A stretch of DNA of 62,943 bases, filler included, from Octopus bimaculoides (Eukaryota), in NCBI RefSeq assembly GCF_001194135.2. It is 3 parts of 3 records of this genome, joined end to end, with 100 filler letters (N's around TTAATTAATTAA, not from the genome) between each part and the next. Parts side by side here need not be neighbours in the genome. Positions count along the whole stretch, not along the records: positions 1 to 29,960 come from NC_068997.1; positions 30,061 to 51,481 come from NC_068989.1; 1 more part is not named here. One strand, given 5' to 3'. Positions within the stretch are counted from its first letter, which is position 1. Every line of letters starts with the position of its first letter. Shown here piece by piece: positions 27,378 to 40,350 of this stretch. A model generated the notes under the pieces. The model saw only the letters and a program-made list of their open reading frames with translations. It was not told the origin of the DNA and made no database searches. Made by a program: the position numbers and the translations under genes.

Positions 27378-28069
27378 GGAGAGGGAGAAAGATAGAAAGA
27401 AAGAAAGAGAGGGAGAGAGAAAGAGTGTGTGAGAGAGTGCCATAGAGATTACATGATAGTCAATCTAGTCTCATAACTATATTTATGCTGTGAAATATTT
27501 TCCCCGTTTACTGATTTAATCATTTCATCCGAAGAAGGATGGTGTACATGTAAAGCATACGTAAAGTAAAAGAAAAGAAAACAAAACAGAACAACTTTTT
27601 GGTTTAGGACAATTTCTTTCTACGTACAATTTCATGCAACCAGTAAAACTGAGACATCCTCGCAATAAGTAAAACGACCAATGCTCTTATGAAACAGAAA
27701 TGGCATTCTGTCGTCTTCTCTAGATATTTGTCAGTTGTTTTTCTACGTATATACACGTTATTCTTTGTTAATCATTTACGATTTGTGGTGGTGACTACAT
27801 TTTAACGATAGCTAATTCTTTGACAATATGCTTAACCATGTACAATTTTGCTCCACTTTACCTTTCATACTTTCGTAGGTAATACAACAGAAAATCAGTG
27901 TACTGCATGCGTCAATTTAATCAGCTGTCCCACTTTTAATAAAAAAATTGTGATCTTATGACTGTATAAGAAGCAACTGTTACACACAACTGTTACACAA
28001 CTGTTACACACTGTTACAACTGTTACAACTGTTACACACACACACGTATGTATGTACATACCATTCAGA

Positions 28070-28400
28070 TATGCAGTGATATACATTTGGAAAATCCTGG
28101 AAGAACTTGTACCAAACCTTGCCATTGAAGCTTACACAAACAGTAGAACGAGGCACCGCTGCTTAGTACCAAAGATCTCAACATCGCCATTCAGATTTGA
28201 GGACCACTTACAGTAACAGCTTGGATTTCGAGGGCCCACAACTATTCCCTATCCTTCCAAAAATCTAGGACACCTGCATGTGGTGGATGTAGGTATCTCC
28301 AAATCGAAACTGGATTTCCTGACAAAAGTTCCGGATAAACCTACCTCGCGGCTGGAAACACAGATGAGGGTAGCAACATCAAACTTCCTCGTTCAGCAAA
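28070..28400 (+). mobile_element. CR1/L2-like LINE ORF2 3' end (frameshifted)
   Basis: IWKILEELVPNL...RHRCLVPKI...LGFRGPQLFPILPK matches the post-RT tail of CR1-group LINEs. Confidence 0.7.
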
Positions 28401-28413
28401 TGTCACATATCAG

Positions 28414-28627
28414 CGAGCTAGCAGAGTCGTTAGTACACCGGGAAAATGCTTAGCTGCTTTTCGTCCCGTCTTTAGGTCCAGAGTCCATATTTCCCAGAAG
28501 TCGACTTTGACTTTCATCCTTTCGGAGTCGATAAATTAAATACCAGTTGCGTACTTGTGTCGATCTAATTGACTGGCCCCCACCTCTCTAAAAATATTTC
28601 GGGCCTTGTGCCTCGAGTAGAAAAGAG
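28414..28627 (+). mobile_element. SINE family A
   Basis: Head, core and ggccttgtgcctcgagtagaaaag tail. Confidence 0.85.
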
Positions 28628-29269
28628 TATTAGCAGCAGCAGTGGTAGTAGTAGTAGCAGCAGTAGCAATCTACTACTGTATTTTGCTGACTAATAATGC
28701 TGTAACTCAATAGAAGTACAGAGTGATATCGAGGTTGCAATAACGTTAACAAGGAACAACGTAAAATCTCATAGTTTCTTCGTCTACGCTGGAAGTACGA
28801 AGGCAAATCAAGGGAGATAGAAAGGTTTTCTCGGTGACTGCTTACTTCCTGGAAAAAGCATTGCACAAAGCTTGCTGATGTGTGTGTGTGTCTCTGTTTT
28901 TATGGATATATGGATGGAGAAGTTTCTGTGTGTGTATGTGTGTGTGTGCACGCGCCTGTGTTTGAGTGTAAATGTCCTTGCACGAAAGCTTATATATGAA
29001 TATATATATTTAGTCTATGTGATTTTGCTCACTTCGTTAACTTCGTTTCGTATTTTATCATGTAGAATAATGACGAACCTCTGAAGTTTCTAGCATATTG
29101 TTAATTAGTTGTTGAGTACTTTGGAGATAATATGCCTCAAGTCAGACAAATTAAGATGCGCTACGTTCGAGAAAATGTATATCTAAATCCTATATCTATA
29201 TCTACATCAATATCTATAAGTACGAATACGCACATACACATAAGTAAATACATACTTGCATTTATATAC

Positions 29270-29436
<167 letters not shown>

Positions 29437-29882
29437 GGTCAGGGAGAGTGCGAGGAACAAATTCGATTGACAACGATCAGTGATGTACTGTTCGCCTTGA
29501 GCAGAGGAAAGAAAGTTCAACGCGCTTTCTACATCAAGAAGCATCTTCTTGATAACGTTTATTTCCCCTATGTCATCGTTTGGCAATTTTCTTCATTTCT
29601 CGTATTTCTTCACAAAGACATAGGAAACGAGAAATTCTGTATCCCCTTATCGTTTATTTCATCGTTTCAATTAAGACGTAGTTTGTTGTCAAGGAAATTT
29701 TCTTATTGTTTCAACTCATTAGCAGTTTNNNNNNNNNNATTTATATATATATATATATATATTTGCTTCTATATATTTGAACATACATTTGTGTGAGCGT
29801 GAGTGAACACATATATACGCACGTATTGATGTACACAGAAATATAGATACGTGTACACATACATACATACATACATACATAA

Positions 29883-29960
<78 letters not shown>

Positions 29961-30060
29961 NNNNNNNNNNNNNNNNNNNNNNNNNNNNNNNNNNNNNNNN
30001 NNNNTTAATTAATTAANNNNNNNNNNNNNNNNNNNNNNNNNNNNNNNNNNNNNNNNNNNN
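29961..30060. other. Artificial 100-bp scaffold linker N44-TTAATTAATTAA-N44
   Basis: Identical construction at 51482-51581; the 12-mer has stops in all six frames. Confidence 0.9.
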
Positions 30061-30654
30061 GGTTAATTTTATCCTTTCTGATTGAAAAATATGGCGATCT
30101 TTTTTGAGCGAATCAAGTCTGAAGACCGTAAGATATCGCTACACTTTATATTCATAATAAATCGTTCGCATAATATATTGCTCGCAAATTGCTTTCTCAC
30201 GCACAATCGATTTTAGATGCTCAACACTGTTGCCACTCAAAGTTCCCCGTTACTATAATCGTTCAGGCCTTGACTAAAAAAAAAAAAAGGATTATTTAGG
30301 GAGAAAAAATATAAGGGGATGAGGCATAGTTTCCTTACTAAATGCATGAGATGAGATGAGTGCCACAACATCATATCCCATTCTCTTTTCTCCGCTAATT
30401 TTCTAATGTAGGCTGCGCTATTACTTAAAAAGAGAAGTGAAACTTTACGGTTTCGGTTTTGTTACTGATGACGATAATGATGTTGATGACGATGATGATG
30501 ATGGTGTTAATGATGATCGTGACGATAATGATGACAAAGATGGTGGTGAGGATATGATATGCTACTGTTGTTGTGGTTAGCACAAAGCAGGTTCTGATCC
30601 AGCAAAGATATCAAACACGTCCCAGCTCTGACCATTCCATATCTTTTATCTTCT

Positions 30655-30860
30655 ACTTGTTTCAATCATTAGACTGCGGCCATGCTGGGGCACCGCCCTG
30701 AAGAATTTTAGTCAAACGAATCAACCCCAGCCCTTCTTTTCTTTTTAACCTGGCACTTAGCCTATCGTTGTCTTCAGCCGAACTGCTAGTTACAGTAACA
30801 TAAACATACCAACACCGGTTGTCAAGCGGTGGTAGAGGACAAAGACACAGATTACATATG
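30655..30860 (-). mobile_element. SINE family B 3' half
   Basis: gactgcggccatgctgg...ccgaactgctagttac. Confidence 0.7.
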
Positions 30861-31190
30861 CATTTTGATTGAATACCCTGCGAGTTTACTCGGGACCCCC
30901 TAACGACAATGTAAATTTCATATAATCAAGGTATACTTGGTCTGAAGTGTAGCATGCGGTCTACCCCCCGTTTGGATAATTACTACTACTAAATTTCCGT
31001 TAGCTATGAAACATATGTAGCCTGAATTTTATCCACTCCATTCTCTTGTTTTTGGATATTTATTCGCATATGTAGGAACCCCAGTTGCTAACCGTAAACT
31101 ATAAAATAGTCCTTTTTTTCTTCCTCAGCCTATCACAACCTTCTGCGTCAATAAACCACTGTTTCTGAAAATTGTGTTTTTACATCTTCT

Positions 31191-31577
31191 GTTAGATCGA
31201 CTTCAGTACGCAACTGGTACTTAATTTATTAACCCCGAAAGGATGAAAGGCAAAGTCGACCTCGGCGGAATTTGAACTCGGAACGTAGCGGCAGACGAAA
31301 TACCGCTAAGCATTTCTCCCGGCGTGCTTACGTTTCTGCCAGCTCGCCACCTTTTAAAGATATATTCTTTTCTACTATAAGTACAAGGCCTAAAATTTTG
31401 GGGGAGGGGGCCAGTCAATTAGATCGACTTCAATACGCAACTGGTACTTAATTTATTAACCCCGAAAGGATGAAAGGCATAGTCGACCTCGGCGGAATTT
31501 GAACTCAGAACGTAGCGGCAGACGAAATACCGCGAAGCATTTCGCCCGGCGTGCTAACGTTTCTGCCAGCTCGCCGG
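31191..31577 (-). mobile_element. Head-to-tail tandem dimer of SINE family A
   Basis: Two near-identical copies share variants such as gatcgacttca and atttattaacccc. Confidence 0.85.
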
Positions 31578-32213
31578 CTTATGTTTCTGACTACAGTACG
31601 CAATACATTCTGAATTGCTTCGAGACAAAAAGATTTGATTTGAAAACGATTAGACTGCTGTTTCTAGCAGATCGAACGACTATGTCGAAACTGACTCGTT
31701 TGCTCGGTGTTACTGTTTGTTCTTTTTCTTCTTTTTGCTATTGCTGCTTGTGGTAGGGGTGGCGACGGTAATGGGGTAGTGCTAGTCCTGCTGTTGTTGT
31801 CTTTGGAGATGGTAGTGGTGATGGTGGTGGTGGTGGCGGTAAAGTGTTGTTGTTGTTGATGTGTTTATTGCTGATGCAGCTGTTACGGTTGCTGTTGTAT
31901 AGCGTTTATTGTTGCATTCCTGATGATGTTGTTGCTATGTAGTTGTTCTTTTACGGTCTTGTTGTTGTTGTTGTTATCAACGTTATCTTTTATTACAGAC
32001 CTTCAATATCTATTGTGTACGTATATGTATGTGTGCATAAACGTATGTGTGAATGTGTTGGCATATCTTTCACTCTCTCTCATATATATATACATACATA
32101 TATACACACACACACACACACGCATATACAAAAACACGCACAAGTGTACTATTATTATATATATATATATATATATATACACGCATACACATACAAAAAC
32201 ACGCACACGTGTG

Positions 32214-32301
<88 letters not shown>

Positions 32302-32497
32302 CATACATACACATGTGTGTAGTTGAATGAATATGTTTCGGTGAGAGAAAGCTTGTGGAAAGGAGCGAGGAGACGGATATCTTGGGTGGAAGAAATAATA
32401 ATTTGATACATGAATGGCAGATAATAAAATATGCGAGATTGAAGAAGGAGATGAAAGACGAGGGAGATTGAGAGTACAAAGATAGAGAAAGGAATAA

Positions 32498-32530
<33 letters not shown>

Positions 32531-32910
32531 GAAAGAGAAAGAGAGAGAGAAAAAGAGAAAGAGAGACACACACAGAATATGTGAAAGAGAAACAAGACGA
32601 TGAGGAAGAAAATCTGAAGAGCGCAAATGATAGAAACAGGGACAGAAAGAGAGAGCAAAAGAGAAGTAACAGAAGGGGACAGAAAATAATTGGAGTAAAT
32701 ATTGTATGGGGTACATACTAAACTTGGTGTTACATTACATGTCTGATACCCTAATTTATTTGAAGTTAGGGTGCTAGTCTAACGGTGCCCCACCCTTAAG
32801 TATTCGCCCATCGATTTCTTGTTGATTTTATGATAAACTTTATCACTAAAGTTAGTGTATTTGGGGTATATTATTTTGCATAATGTCTACGAGGGAGTTT
32901 GTTTTTTTTT

Positions 32911-33322
32911 CTTTTATTCTTTTACTTATTTCAGTCATTGGACTGTGGCCATGCTGGAGCACCGCCTTTTAGTCGAACAAATCGACCCCAGGACTTATTC
33001 TTTGTAAGCCTAGTTCTTATTCTATCGGTCTTTTGCCGAACCGTTAGTTTACGGGGATGTAAACACACCAGCATCGGTTATCAAGCGATGGTGGGCGACA
33101 AACATAGATACACACATGCATTATATATATATATATATCTATATATATATATATATATATACACGACGGGCTTCTTTCAGTTTCCGTTTACCAAATCCAC
33201 TCTCAAGGCTTTGATCGGTCCGAAGCTATAGTAGAAGACGCTAGCCCAAGTTGCCACGCAGCGGGACTGAAATCGGAACCATGTTGTTGGTAAGCAAGCT
33301 ACTTACCACACAGCCACTCCTG
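32911..33322 (-). mobile_element. SINE family B, near full length
   Basis: Both halves present, with internal (TA)n. Confidence 0.85.
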
Positions 33323-34225
33323 NNNNNNNNNNNNNNNNNNNNNNNNNNNNNNNNNNNNNNNNNNNNNNNNNNNNNNNNNNNNNNNNNNNNNNNNNNNNNN
33401 NNNNNNNNNNNNNNNNNNNNNNNNNNNNNNNNNNNNNNNNNNNNNNNNNNNNNNNNNNNNNNNNNNNNNNNNNNNNNNNNNNNNNNNNNNNNNNNNNNNN
33501 NNNNNNNNNNNNNNNNNNNNNNNNNNNNNNNNNNNNNNNNNNNNNNNNNNNNNNNNNNNNNNNNNNNNNNNNNNNNNNNNNNNNNNNNNNNNNNNNNNNN
33601 NNNNNNNNNNNNNNNNNNNNNNNNNNNNNNNNNNNNNNNNNNNNNNNNNNNNNNNNNNNNNNNNNNNNNNNNNNNNNNNNNNNNNNNNNNNNNNNNNNNN
33701 NNNNNNNNNNNNNNNNNNNNNNNNNNNNNNNNNNNNNNNNNNNNNNNNNNNNNNNNNNNNNNNNNNNNNNNNNNNNNNNNNNNNNNNNNNNNNNNNNNNN
33801 NNNNNNNNNNNNNNNNNNNNNNNNNNNNNNNNNNNNNNNNNNNNNNNNNNNNNNNNNNNNNNNNNNNNNNNNNNNNNNNNNNNNNNNNNNNNNNNNNNNN
33901 NNNNNNNNNNNNNNNNNNNNNNNNNNNNNNNNNNTGCGTGCGTGCGTGCGTGCGTAAAAAAAAACAAATCGATTTTCGTTTCTTCTTTTCTTTTAACCAA
34001 ACTTAAGAGGGAAAAGATCGCATAGTAATGGAATTTCAGAGTAGTACGGGAAGTAAGACGCCAATGACAAAAGCAATACACCTGACGATCGTGGCAGCTT
34101 GAAACACGAATTATGAATAAAAGAAATTCATTTTGAATAAAGCTATAAACTCTATGGGTTTTTTCTGAGTCCTCCCTTCATTCGACAAAGGTTAGCATTT
34201 GCGTTCGCGTGCGTGTGTATGTGGG

Positions 34226-34266
<41 letters not shown>

Positions 34267-34483
34267 CGTGATGGTCATAGAGAAGTGTGTGTTCACACAC
34301 ACACACACGCATGTATAGACTGAGATGGATAGATAGATAGGTAAGTAGATCAGTTCTGATGAACTCAGCTAAAGAGAAACTTTGAAGTCACTTTTAACTC
34401 TTTCGTTCTAAACAATAAAACAAATGTGACATTCTACTGAAAATTATTTAGACATTCTTCAATTAACATAAGCTGCTTTTAAC

Positions 34484-34521
<38 letters not shown>

Positions 34522-35266
34522 AAAAACGTTTGGTCACTGTGAGGCCAGTACTGGCAGGTCATTTAGTATAGCCTGTTGTAAGGTCATGTGTTCGGCGCCC
34601 GAAGAGACACCTGAACCAAGATACCAAGGTAAGGGGAGTTGTTAGAAATTCAACTGGATAAAAACAATCCCTGTCAAAAGGTCAGATAAGATCAATACAG
34701 GGTCATCAGCTCTCAATCATTAGCGCAGGGCAGGAGCCTGCTGGGTCGCAAGATCTCCCGTTATAGCATTTCTCTAGGCCAGGTTATTCTGTTAGAAAAC
34801 CCGTTAATATTGCTGAGGTAGATATCCTGCTCTGATCTGCCTCGGGGCTCCTTGGCCTTGATGGAGAATATTTGTACAATCTGTTAAACAGACAACAGTT
34901 TGCAAAATAGGAGGTGTTGTACAAGCTGTTACCAACGTGCACAAGCATTATTGACAATTTCCGCTAATCGCCAGTGGTGGTCATTCTCATACAGCAACTG
35001 CACAGCTACTTCACTCTTACCCCCACACACATACACACAAGCAATTAATTGTCTTTATCCTTCAAAATGATGAAATATGTCTTAATTGTGCACAGATGCA
35101 GCTTTTCTGCAAAGCTGATGTGCAATATGCTTATGCATAGCAGCAGTTAACGAGACTTCTTTGCATGCATTCATTTTGTGTGGTGTCGATGCGAGGATAC
35201 ATAAATGCATGTTGAAAACCTGTATGCGCCTTTGAGGATGTGTGCACCGTTAAATGTTCAGCATAC

Positions 35267-35430
35267 GCGCAGGAGTGGCTGTGTGGTAAGTAGCTTGCTT
35301 ACCAACCACATGGTTCTGGGTTCATTCCCACTGCGTGGCATCTTGGGCAAATGTCTTCTACTATAGCCTCGGGCCGACCAAAGCCTTGTGAGTGGATTTG
35401 GTAGACGGAAACTGAAAGCAGCCTGTCGTA
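35267..35430 (+). mobile_element. SINE family B 5' half (runs into gap)
   Basis: gcaggagtggctgtgtggtaagtagcttgc...gaaactgaaagcagcc. Confidence 0.85.
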
Positions 35431-36342
35431 TATATATATATATNNNNNNNNNNNNNNNNNNNNNNNNNNNNNNNNNNNNNNNNNNNNNNNNNNNNNNNNN
35501 NNNNNNNNNNNNNNNNNNNNNNNNNNNNNNNNNNNNNNNNNNNNNNNNNNNNNNNNNNNNNNNNNNNNNNNNNNNNNNNNNNNNNNNNNNNNNNNNNNNN
35601 NNNNNNNNNNNNNNNNNNNNNNNNNNNNNNNNNNNNNNNNNNNNNNNNNNNNNNNNNNNNNNNNNNNNNNNNNNNNNNNNNNNNNNNNNNNNNNNNNNNN
35701 NNNNNNNNNNNNNNNNNNNNNNNNNNNNNNNNNNNNNNNNNNNNNNNNNNNNNNNNNNNNNNNNNNNNNNNNNNNNNNNNNNNNNNNNNNNNNNNNNNNN
35801 NNNNNNNNNNNNNNNNNNNNNNNNNNNNNNNNNNNNNNNNNNNNNNNNNNNNNNNNNNNNNNNNNNNNNNNNNNNNNNNNNNNNNNNNNNNNNNNNNNNN
35901 NNNNNNNNNNNNNNNNNNNNNNNNNNNNNNNNNNNNNNNNNNNNNNNNNNNNNNNNNNNNNNNNNNNNNNNNNNNNNNNNNNNNNNNNNNNNNNNNNNNN
36001 NNNNNNNNNNNNNNNNNNNNNNNNNNNNNNNNNNNNNNNNNNNNNNNNNNNNNNNNNNNNNNNNNNNNNNNNNNNNNNNNNNNNNNNNNNNNNNNNNNNN
36101 NNNNNNNNNNNNNNNNNNNNNNNNNNNNNNNNNNNNNNNNNNNNNNNNNNNNNNNNNNNNNNNNNNNNNNNNNNNNNNNNNNNNNNNNNNNNNNNNNNNN
36201 NNNNNNNNNNNNNNNNNNNNNNNNNNNNNNNNNNNNNNNNNNNNNNNNNNNNNNNNNNNNNNNNNNNNNNNNNNNNNNNNNNNNNNNNNNNNNNNNNNNN
36301 NNNNNNNNNNNNNNNNNNNNNNNNNNNNNNNNNNNNNNNNNN

Positions 36343-36720
36343 GGGGTACGGGGTAAATTAATCACATCGACTTCATTGCGTAAGGATGAAAAGCAAAGTC
36401 GACCTCGGCGGAATTTGAACTCGGAACGCAAACACGGACGAAATGTCGCTAAGTATTTTGCTCGGCATGCTAACGATTCTGCCATCTCACCGCCTTCTAA
36501 ATGTTAATTTTATGTTTTGGCACAAAGCCAGCAATTTCGTGGGATGGGTAAATCTATTACATCAACTCCAGTGCTCAACTAGTACTTACCGACGTTATTT
36601 ACCCTGAAAGGATGAAAAAATAAAGTCGACCTGGGTAGAAATTGAACTCAGAAATGTAATGAGCCGAAAGAAATGCCGCTAAGCATTTTGCTCGACGCGC
36701 CGCTAGAGCTTCTGACAGCT
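36343..36720 (-). mobile_element. Two tandem, diverged SINE family A copies
   Basis: The core ggatgaaa..aaagtcgacct..gaatttgaactc occurs twice. Confidence 0.7.
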
Positions 36721-37367
36721 CACTGCTATAATAATAACTTCATGCAACTTGAACAAAAGCCAACCACTACCCCCAGGGAAACGGAAATGCCACTGACGAT
36801 TTTCACTTTGTATTGTGTTAGTTATCAAATAATAAACATGAATGATCACAGAGCGATTGTATTCGTCCCTTGAGGAACGGTAAGTATTAACTAGTGAACA
36901 AACAAGCAGTTTGTTGTTGTAAACACGGTAGGAAGATAAATGATCAGTGGTTCATTGGGAGTCCTGAGCTGAAAGATTGTAAGAATAGAAATACTAGTTT
37001 AATAGTGGCGTGAATTTTGGGTTTTTCTTCTTCCACAATTGACTGAAATTTTATGGATGTGAGTCGATTACATCACCCACTAGGCTCAACTGGTACTTAT
37101 TCTATCGACCCCGAAATGATGAAGGGGAAAGCTGACTCTTGCCGGATTTGAGCTCAGCATGTAAAGAGCTAAAAGAAATATCAGTAAGAACGTTGTCCGA
37201 CGTGCGAGCGATTTTACTAGCACACTACCTGGTTGTTTGTTGATTCTTTCTTCTATGGGCACATGACCCGAAATTTGGGGAAAGAGGGAGAATCAATTAC
37301 ATTGGCCCTTTACATTGACCTTAGTCTTCAGCTAGTTATTTTATCGACCCAGAAAGCGAGTTATAAG

Positions 37368-37600
37368 GCGGCGAGTTGGCAGAAACGTTAGCACGCCGGG
37401 CGAAATGCTTAGCGGTATTTCGTCTGCCGTTACGTTCTGAGTTCAAATTCCGCCGATGTCGACTTTGCGTTTCATCCTTTCGGGATCGATAAATTAAGTA
37501 CCAGTTACGCACTGGATTCGATGTAATCGACTTAATCCTTTTCTCTGTCCTTGTTTGTCCCCTCTATGTTTAGTTCCTTGTGGGCAACAAAGAAATAAGA
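37368..37600 (+). mobile_element. SINE family A nested in an older, opposite-orientation family A copy
   Basis: Well-preserved copy with the ccttgtgggcaacaaagaaataaga tail. agaaagcg is repeated at both flanks (possible TSD). Confidence 0.85.
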
Positions 37601-37729
37601 AAGCGGGATTTGAAGTCAACGTAACGACTGACAAAATGCATGCTAACGTTTATGCAAACGATATGGAATCTCAGCCCTAAATAGCGGAGCGCAAAAAAAG
37701 AAAAAAACCATGTGGTTGGGCTAAAATTG

Positions 37730-38480
37730 CACACACATCAAATTGATTCTATACAGAAACTCGGAGAAGAGGAGGTGGAGGTCATCCAAGGTGACAACAT
37801 GTTGCCTTCGATGTTTATAGTTCGCTCGATATCGATGAAGTTGGTAGCACGAAAGATAGGATTTGGTTATGAATGGGGAGAAAGTAATTTATTATGAAGC
37901 ATCTTTCGTTCATGAAAGATTTTAAACTGTTCGGTAAGAAAAAGCAGAAAGATCCTTTTAGTTTAAAACTTATCATTTATTCAAGTCGAAGAGGGCAAAC
38001 TGTTATAGTATCGGCCGCTCTCTGATAGGTTTGTGGTTGAGCCTGTGGCAGTGGAGATCTCCGGCGTTCTTGACACCCGGACTGCATCCCTGCTCACTAC
38101 TATGGGGTCGGAGATGGCTATCTCGAAGTACGAGCCCCGTGTCCAGCGCATCTCCCTCCCCATATTTCGGGGCTACACTTTTCTCCCCTCTCTCCGTCTG
38201 AACCATGAAGCGTACCGACCTTTAAATTACCTAAAGTTTAATAAAACAAAGGAATGGAATTCAGAGCAAAGCGGTATGGTATACTTAATATAAAAGGAGT
38301 GAAGACGATAGCAGTATTTGTGTTGGTGTTACGTAATGGTAAGGTAATGAAGAAGGTTGAGGAGGAAGAATATAAGCACCTATCAATACTAGAAGTCGAC
38401 AAGAGCAAAATTGAAATGAAAGAATTATTTGGAAAAAATACTCAACAAGATCAAAAGTTGTGTTAATTCAAAATGAAGCG
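37730..38480 (+). mobile_element. R4/Dong-like reverse transcriptase fragment, interrupted at about 37980-38230
   Basis: QGDNMLPSMF..RKIGFGYEWG resembles QGDSLSPLLF..GYEW, and HLSFMKDFKLFGK resembles HLLFMDDLKLFGK. After the interruption, GMEF and NGKVMKKVEEEEYKHLSILE resemble YKYLGILE. Confidence 0.7.
37982..38190 (+). mobile_element. CRE-like (RLE-type) non-LTR retrotransposon 3' fragment nested in the R4-like RT
   Basis: EEGKLL*YRPLSDRFVVEPVAVEISGVL...VQRISLPIFRG resembles the RLE C-terminal motif ExxKxxKY..FxPxAVETxG..QRISxAxxRG. Confidence 0.6.
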
Positions 38481-38914
38481 GAAGAAACGTGATATTAGCA
38501 AAATATTTGCAAGCAGTATAGAGAGATTGTGGTTTGTAGAGGTTTTTGCTTCTATTATTTGCAGACCGTTTATTCAGATTTACTACAGATTTGTTTCCGA
38601 AGTCGCTGAGATCAACTTTGCATATCATCTAGCTGATTCTACTCAAACGCATGCAGCACACATAAACGTGACATATTCACATTCACAATCTTAGCCTATA
38701 ACACAGCAACGGACATCTTGCACACAATATATACATACACACATTGTGTAAAATACACGTTAGTCTCTTCGGTTCATTACCTCCCTTTATTATCACTTTT
38801 TTAGTTTATAAAATTAACTCCATCATTTACTTCCTACCATTATTACAAACTATCTCTCGCTTACTTCATTCCACAGAACTGGTTTATTATTTTCTCCGTT
38901 CTTGTACGTTTTAC

Positions 38915-38946
38915 CTTCTGTCTTTTCTTTGATGAAAACAAGAAGG
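38915..38946 (-). other. Candidate 32-nt exon
   Basis: ctgttatgtttcag| ... AAG|gtaaaa; all three frames open. Too short to validate. Confidence 0.22.
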
Positions 38947-39599
38947 CTGAAACATAACAGTCTTCATTCCAGTTTACTTCGTAACTCCGTTATCTGCTTA
39001 TATATATATATATATNNNNNNNNNNNNNNNNNNNNNNNNNNNNNNNNNNNNNNNNNNNNNNNNNNNNNNNNNNNNNNNNNNNNNNNNNNNNNNNNNNNNN
39101 NNNNNNNNNNNNNNNNNNNNNNNNNNNNNNNNNNNNNNNNNNNNNNNNNNNNNNNNNNNNNNNNNNNNNNNNNNNNNNNNNNNNNNNNNNNNNNNNNNNN
39201 NNNNNNNNNNNNNNNNNNNNNNNNNNNNNNNNNNNNNNNNNNNNNNNNNNNNNNNNNNNNNNNNNNNNNNNNNNNNNNNNNNNNNNNNNNNNNNNNNNNN
39301 NNNNNNNNNNNNNNNNNNNNNNNNNNNNNNNNNNNNNNNNNNNNNNNNNNNNNNNNNNNGAGATGGCATTTTTGAGGGGATAATTTTTTTAAATTTTAAT
39401 CTTAATATAAACATTAAGACTAAAATAATTATTACTAAGATTATTATTGAGATTATAATAACTATTATTAAGATTATAATTAAGATTACAATAAAAATTA
39501 TCCCTTCAAAAAAGCTATCTCTACTCATTCTTTCAAATATATATAATACAGTACCAAGAACTTGCTCTTTATTATCCAACTATAAATATATATATATAG

Positions 39600-39750
39600 T
39601 AAACGTCGCCCTTTCAAAGCCTAGCTAGGCTCATGGGCCCGGTTTCTATGGCGTATGTGTTCTCCCCAGCTGGACAGGACGCCAGTCCATCGCAGCGCTA
39701 CTCAAGAAACAGGAAGAAAGAGTGAGAGAAAGTTGGGGCGAAAGAGTACA
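39600..39750 (-). mobile_element. SINE 3' part sharing a family C segment but with a different tail
   Basis: The reverse strand has caactttctctcactct..cttcctgtttc (as in family C), then ctgcgatggactggcgtcctgtccag..atagaaaccggg. Confidence 0.55.
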
Positions 39751-40227
39751 ATAACCTTTATCTACTGCGTTCAAATTACATCGGCGTAAATAAAAGTACC
39801 AGTTATATGCTGGGGTAATTTAATCGGTTAGTGTCACCTACAATTCCTACGACTAAACTTGCTGTTAGAAATTATTTTCTATTTTTGTTAAAATTGATTT
39901 TGGTAGTTGTCGCTGTTATTATTATTATTATTATTATTATTATCATTATTATTATTATTGTTGTTTTTTGATGATTTTGTTATTGTATTTTTCAGTTGTT
40001 ATTGTTATCGGTGTTGGTGTTGTAATTGTCCCGGATATCGGTACAAAGCGACTTCCATAGGATGTGGTAGCAAATCAAAATGGCGGATGTATCGTATTTT
40101 AAAGAGAGGACATTTAGTGTGTGTGTGTTTTTGTGTGTGAGTGTGTTGTAGGAGGAGTAGTGGCAGCGACTGTGAGAGTAGCAGTGAGTGTGAGATGCGG
40201 ACGAATAGAAGAAAAAAGCGGTGAGAA

Positions 40228-40350
40228 AGAGCGAGGGGGGAGCAGGAGTCAGGGGGAAAGCAGGAGCCAGGGGCAAAAATAGGAGTGAGGGGGGAGCAGG
40301 AGCGAGGGGGGAGAGCAGGAGCGAGGGGGGGAAGAGCAGGACCGAGAGAA
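40228..40350. repeat. G-rich minisatellite of about 18-20 bp
   Basis: gagcgaggggggagcag-like units. Confidence 0.75.

Noticed and set aside
29437-29727. Open frames on both strands next to (CA)n
   Set aside because: No credible splice pair and no recognisable domain.
29961-30060. TTAATTAATTAA palindrome inside N-runs (also 51526-51537)
   Set aside because: Exactly N44+12+N44 twice, with stops in all six frames: an assembly linker, not biology.
32003-32716. 237-aa and overlapping ORFs
   Set aside because: Built from (GA)n, (TA)n and (CA)n low-complexity sequence.
34076-34112. CTGACGA...GAAAC hammerhead-like spacing
   Set aside because: Stem II and stem III do not pair convincingly.
34353-34392. 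CTGATGA...GAAAC hammerhead-like spacing
   Set aside because: The only stem II consumes G12, and there is no stem I.
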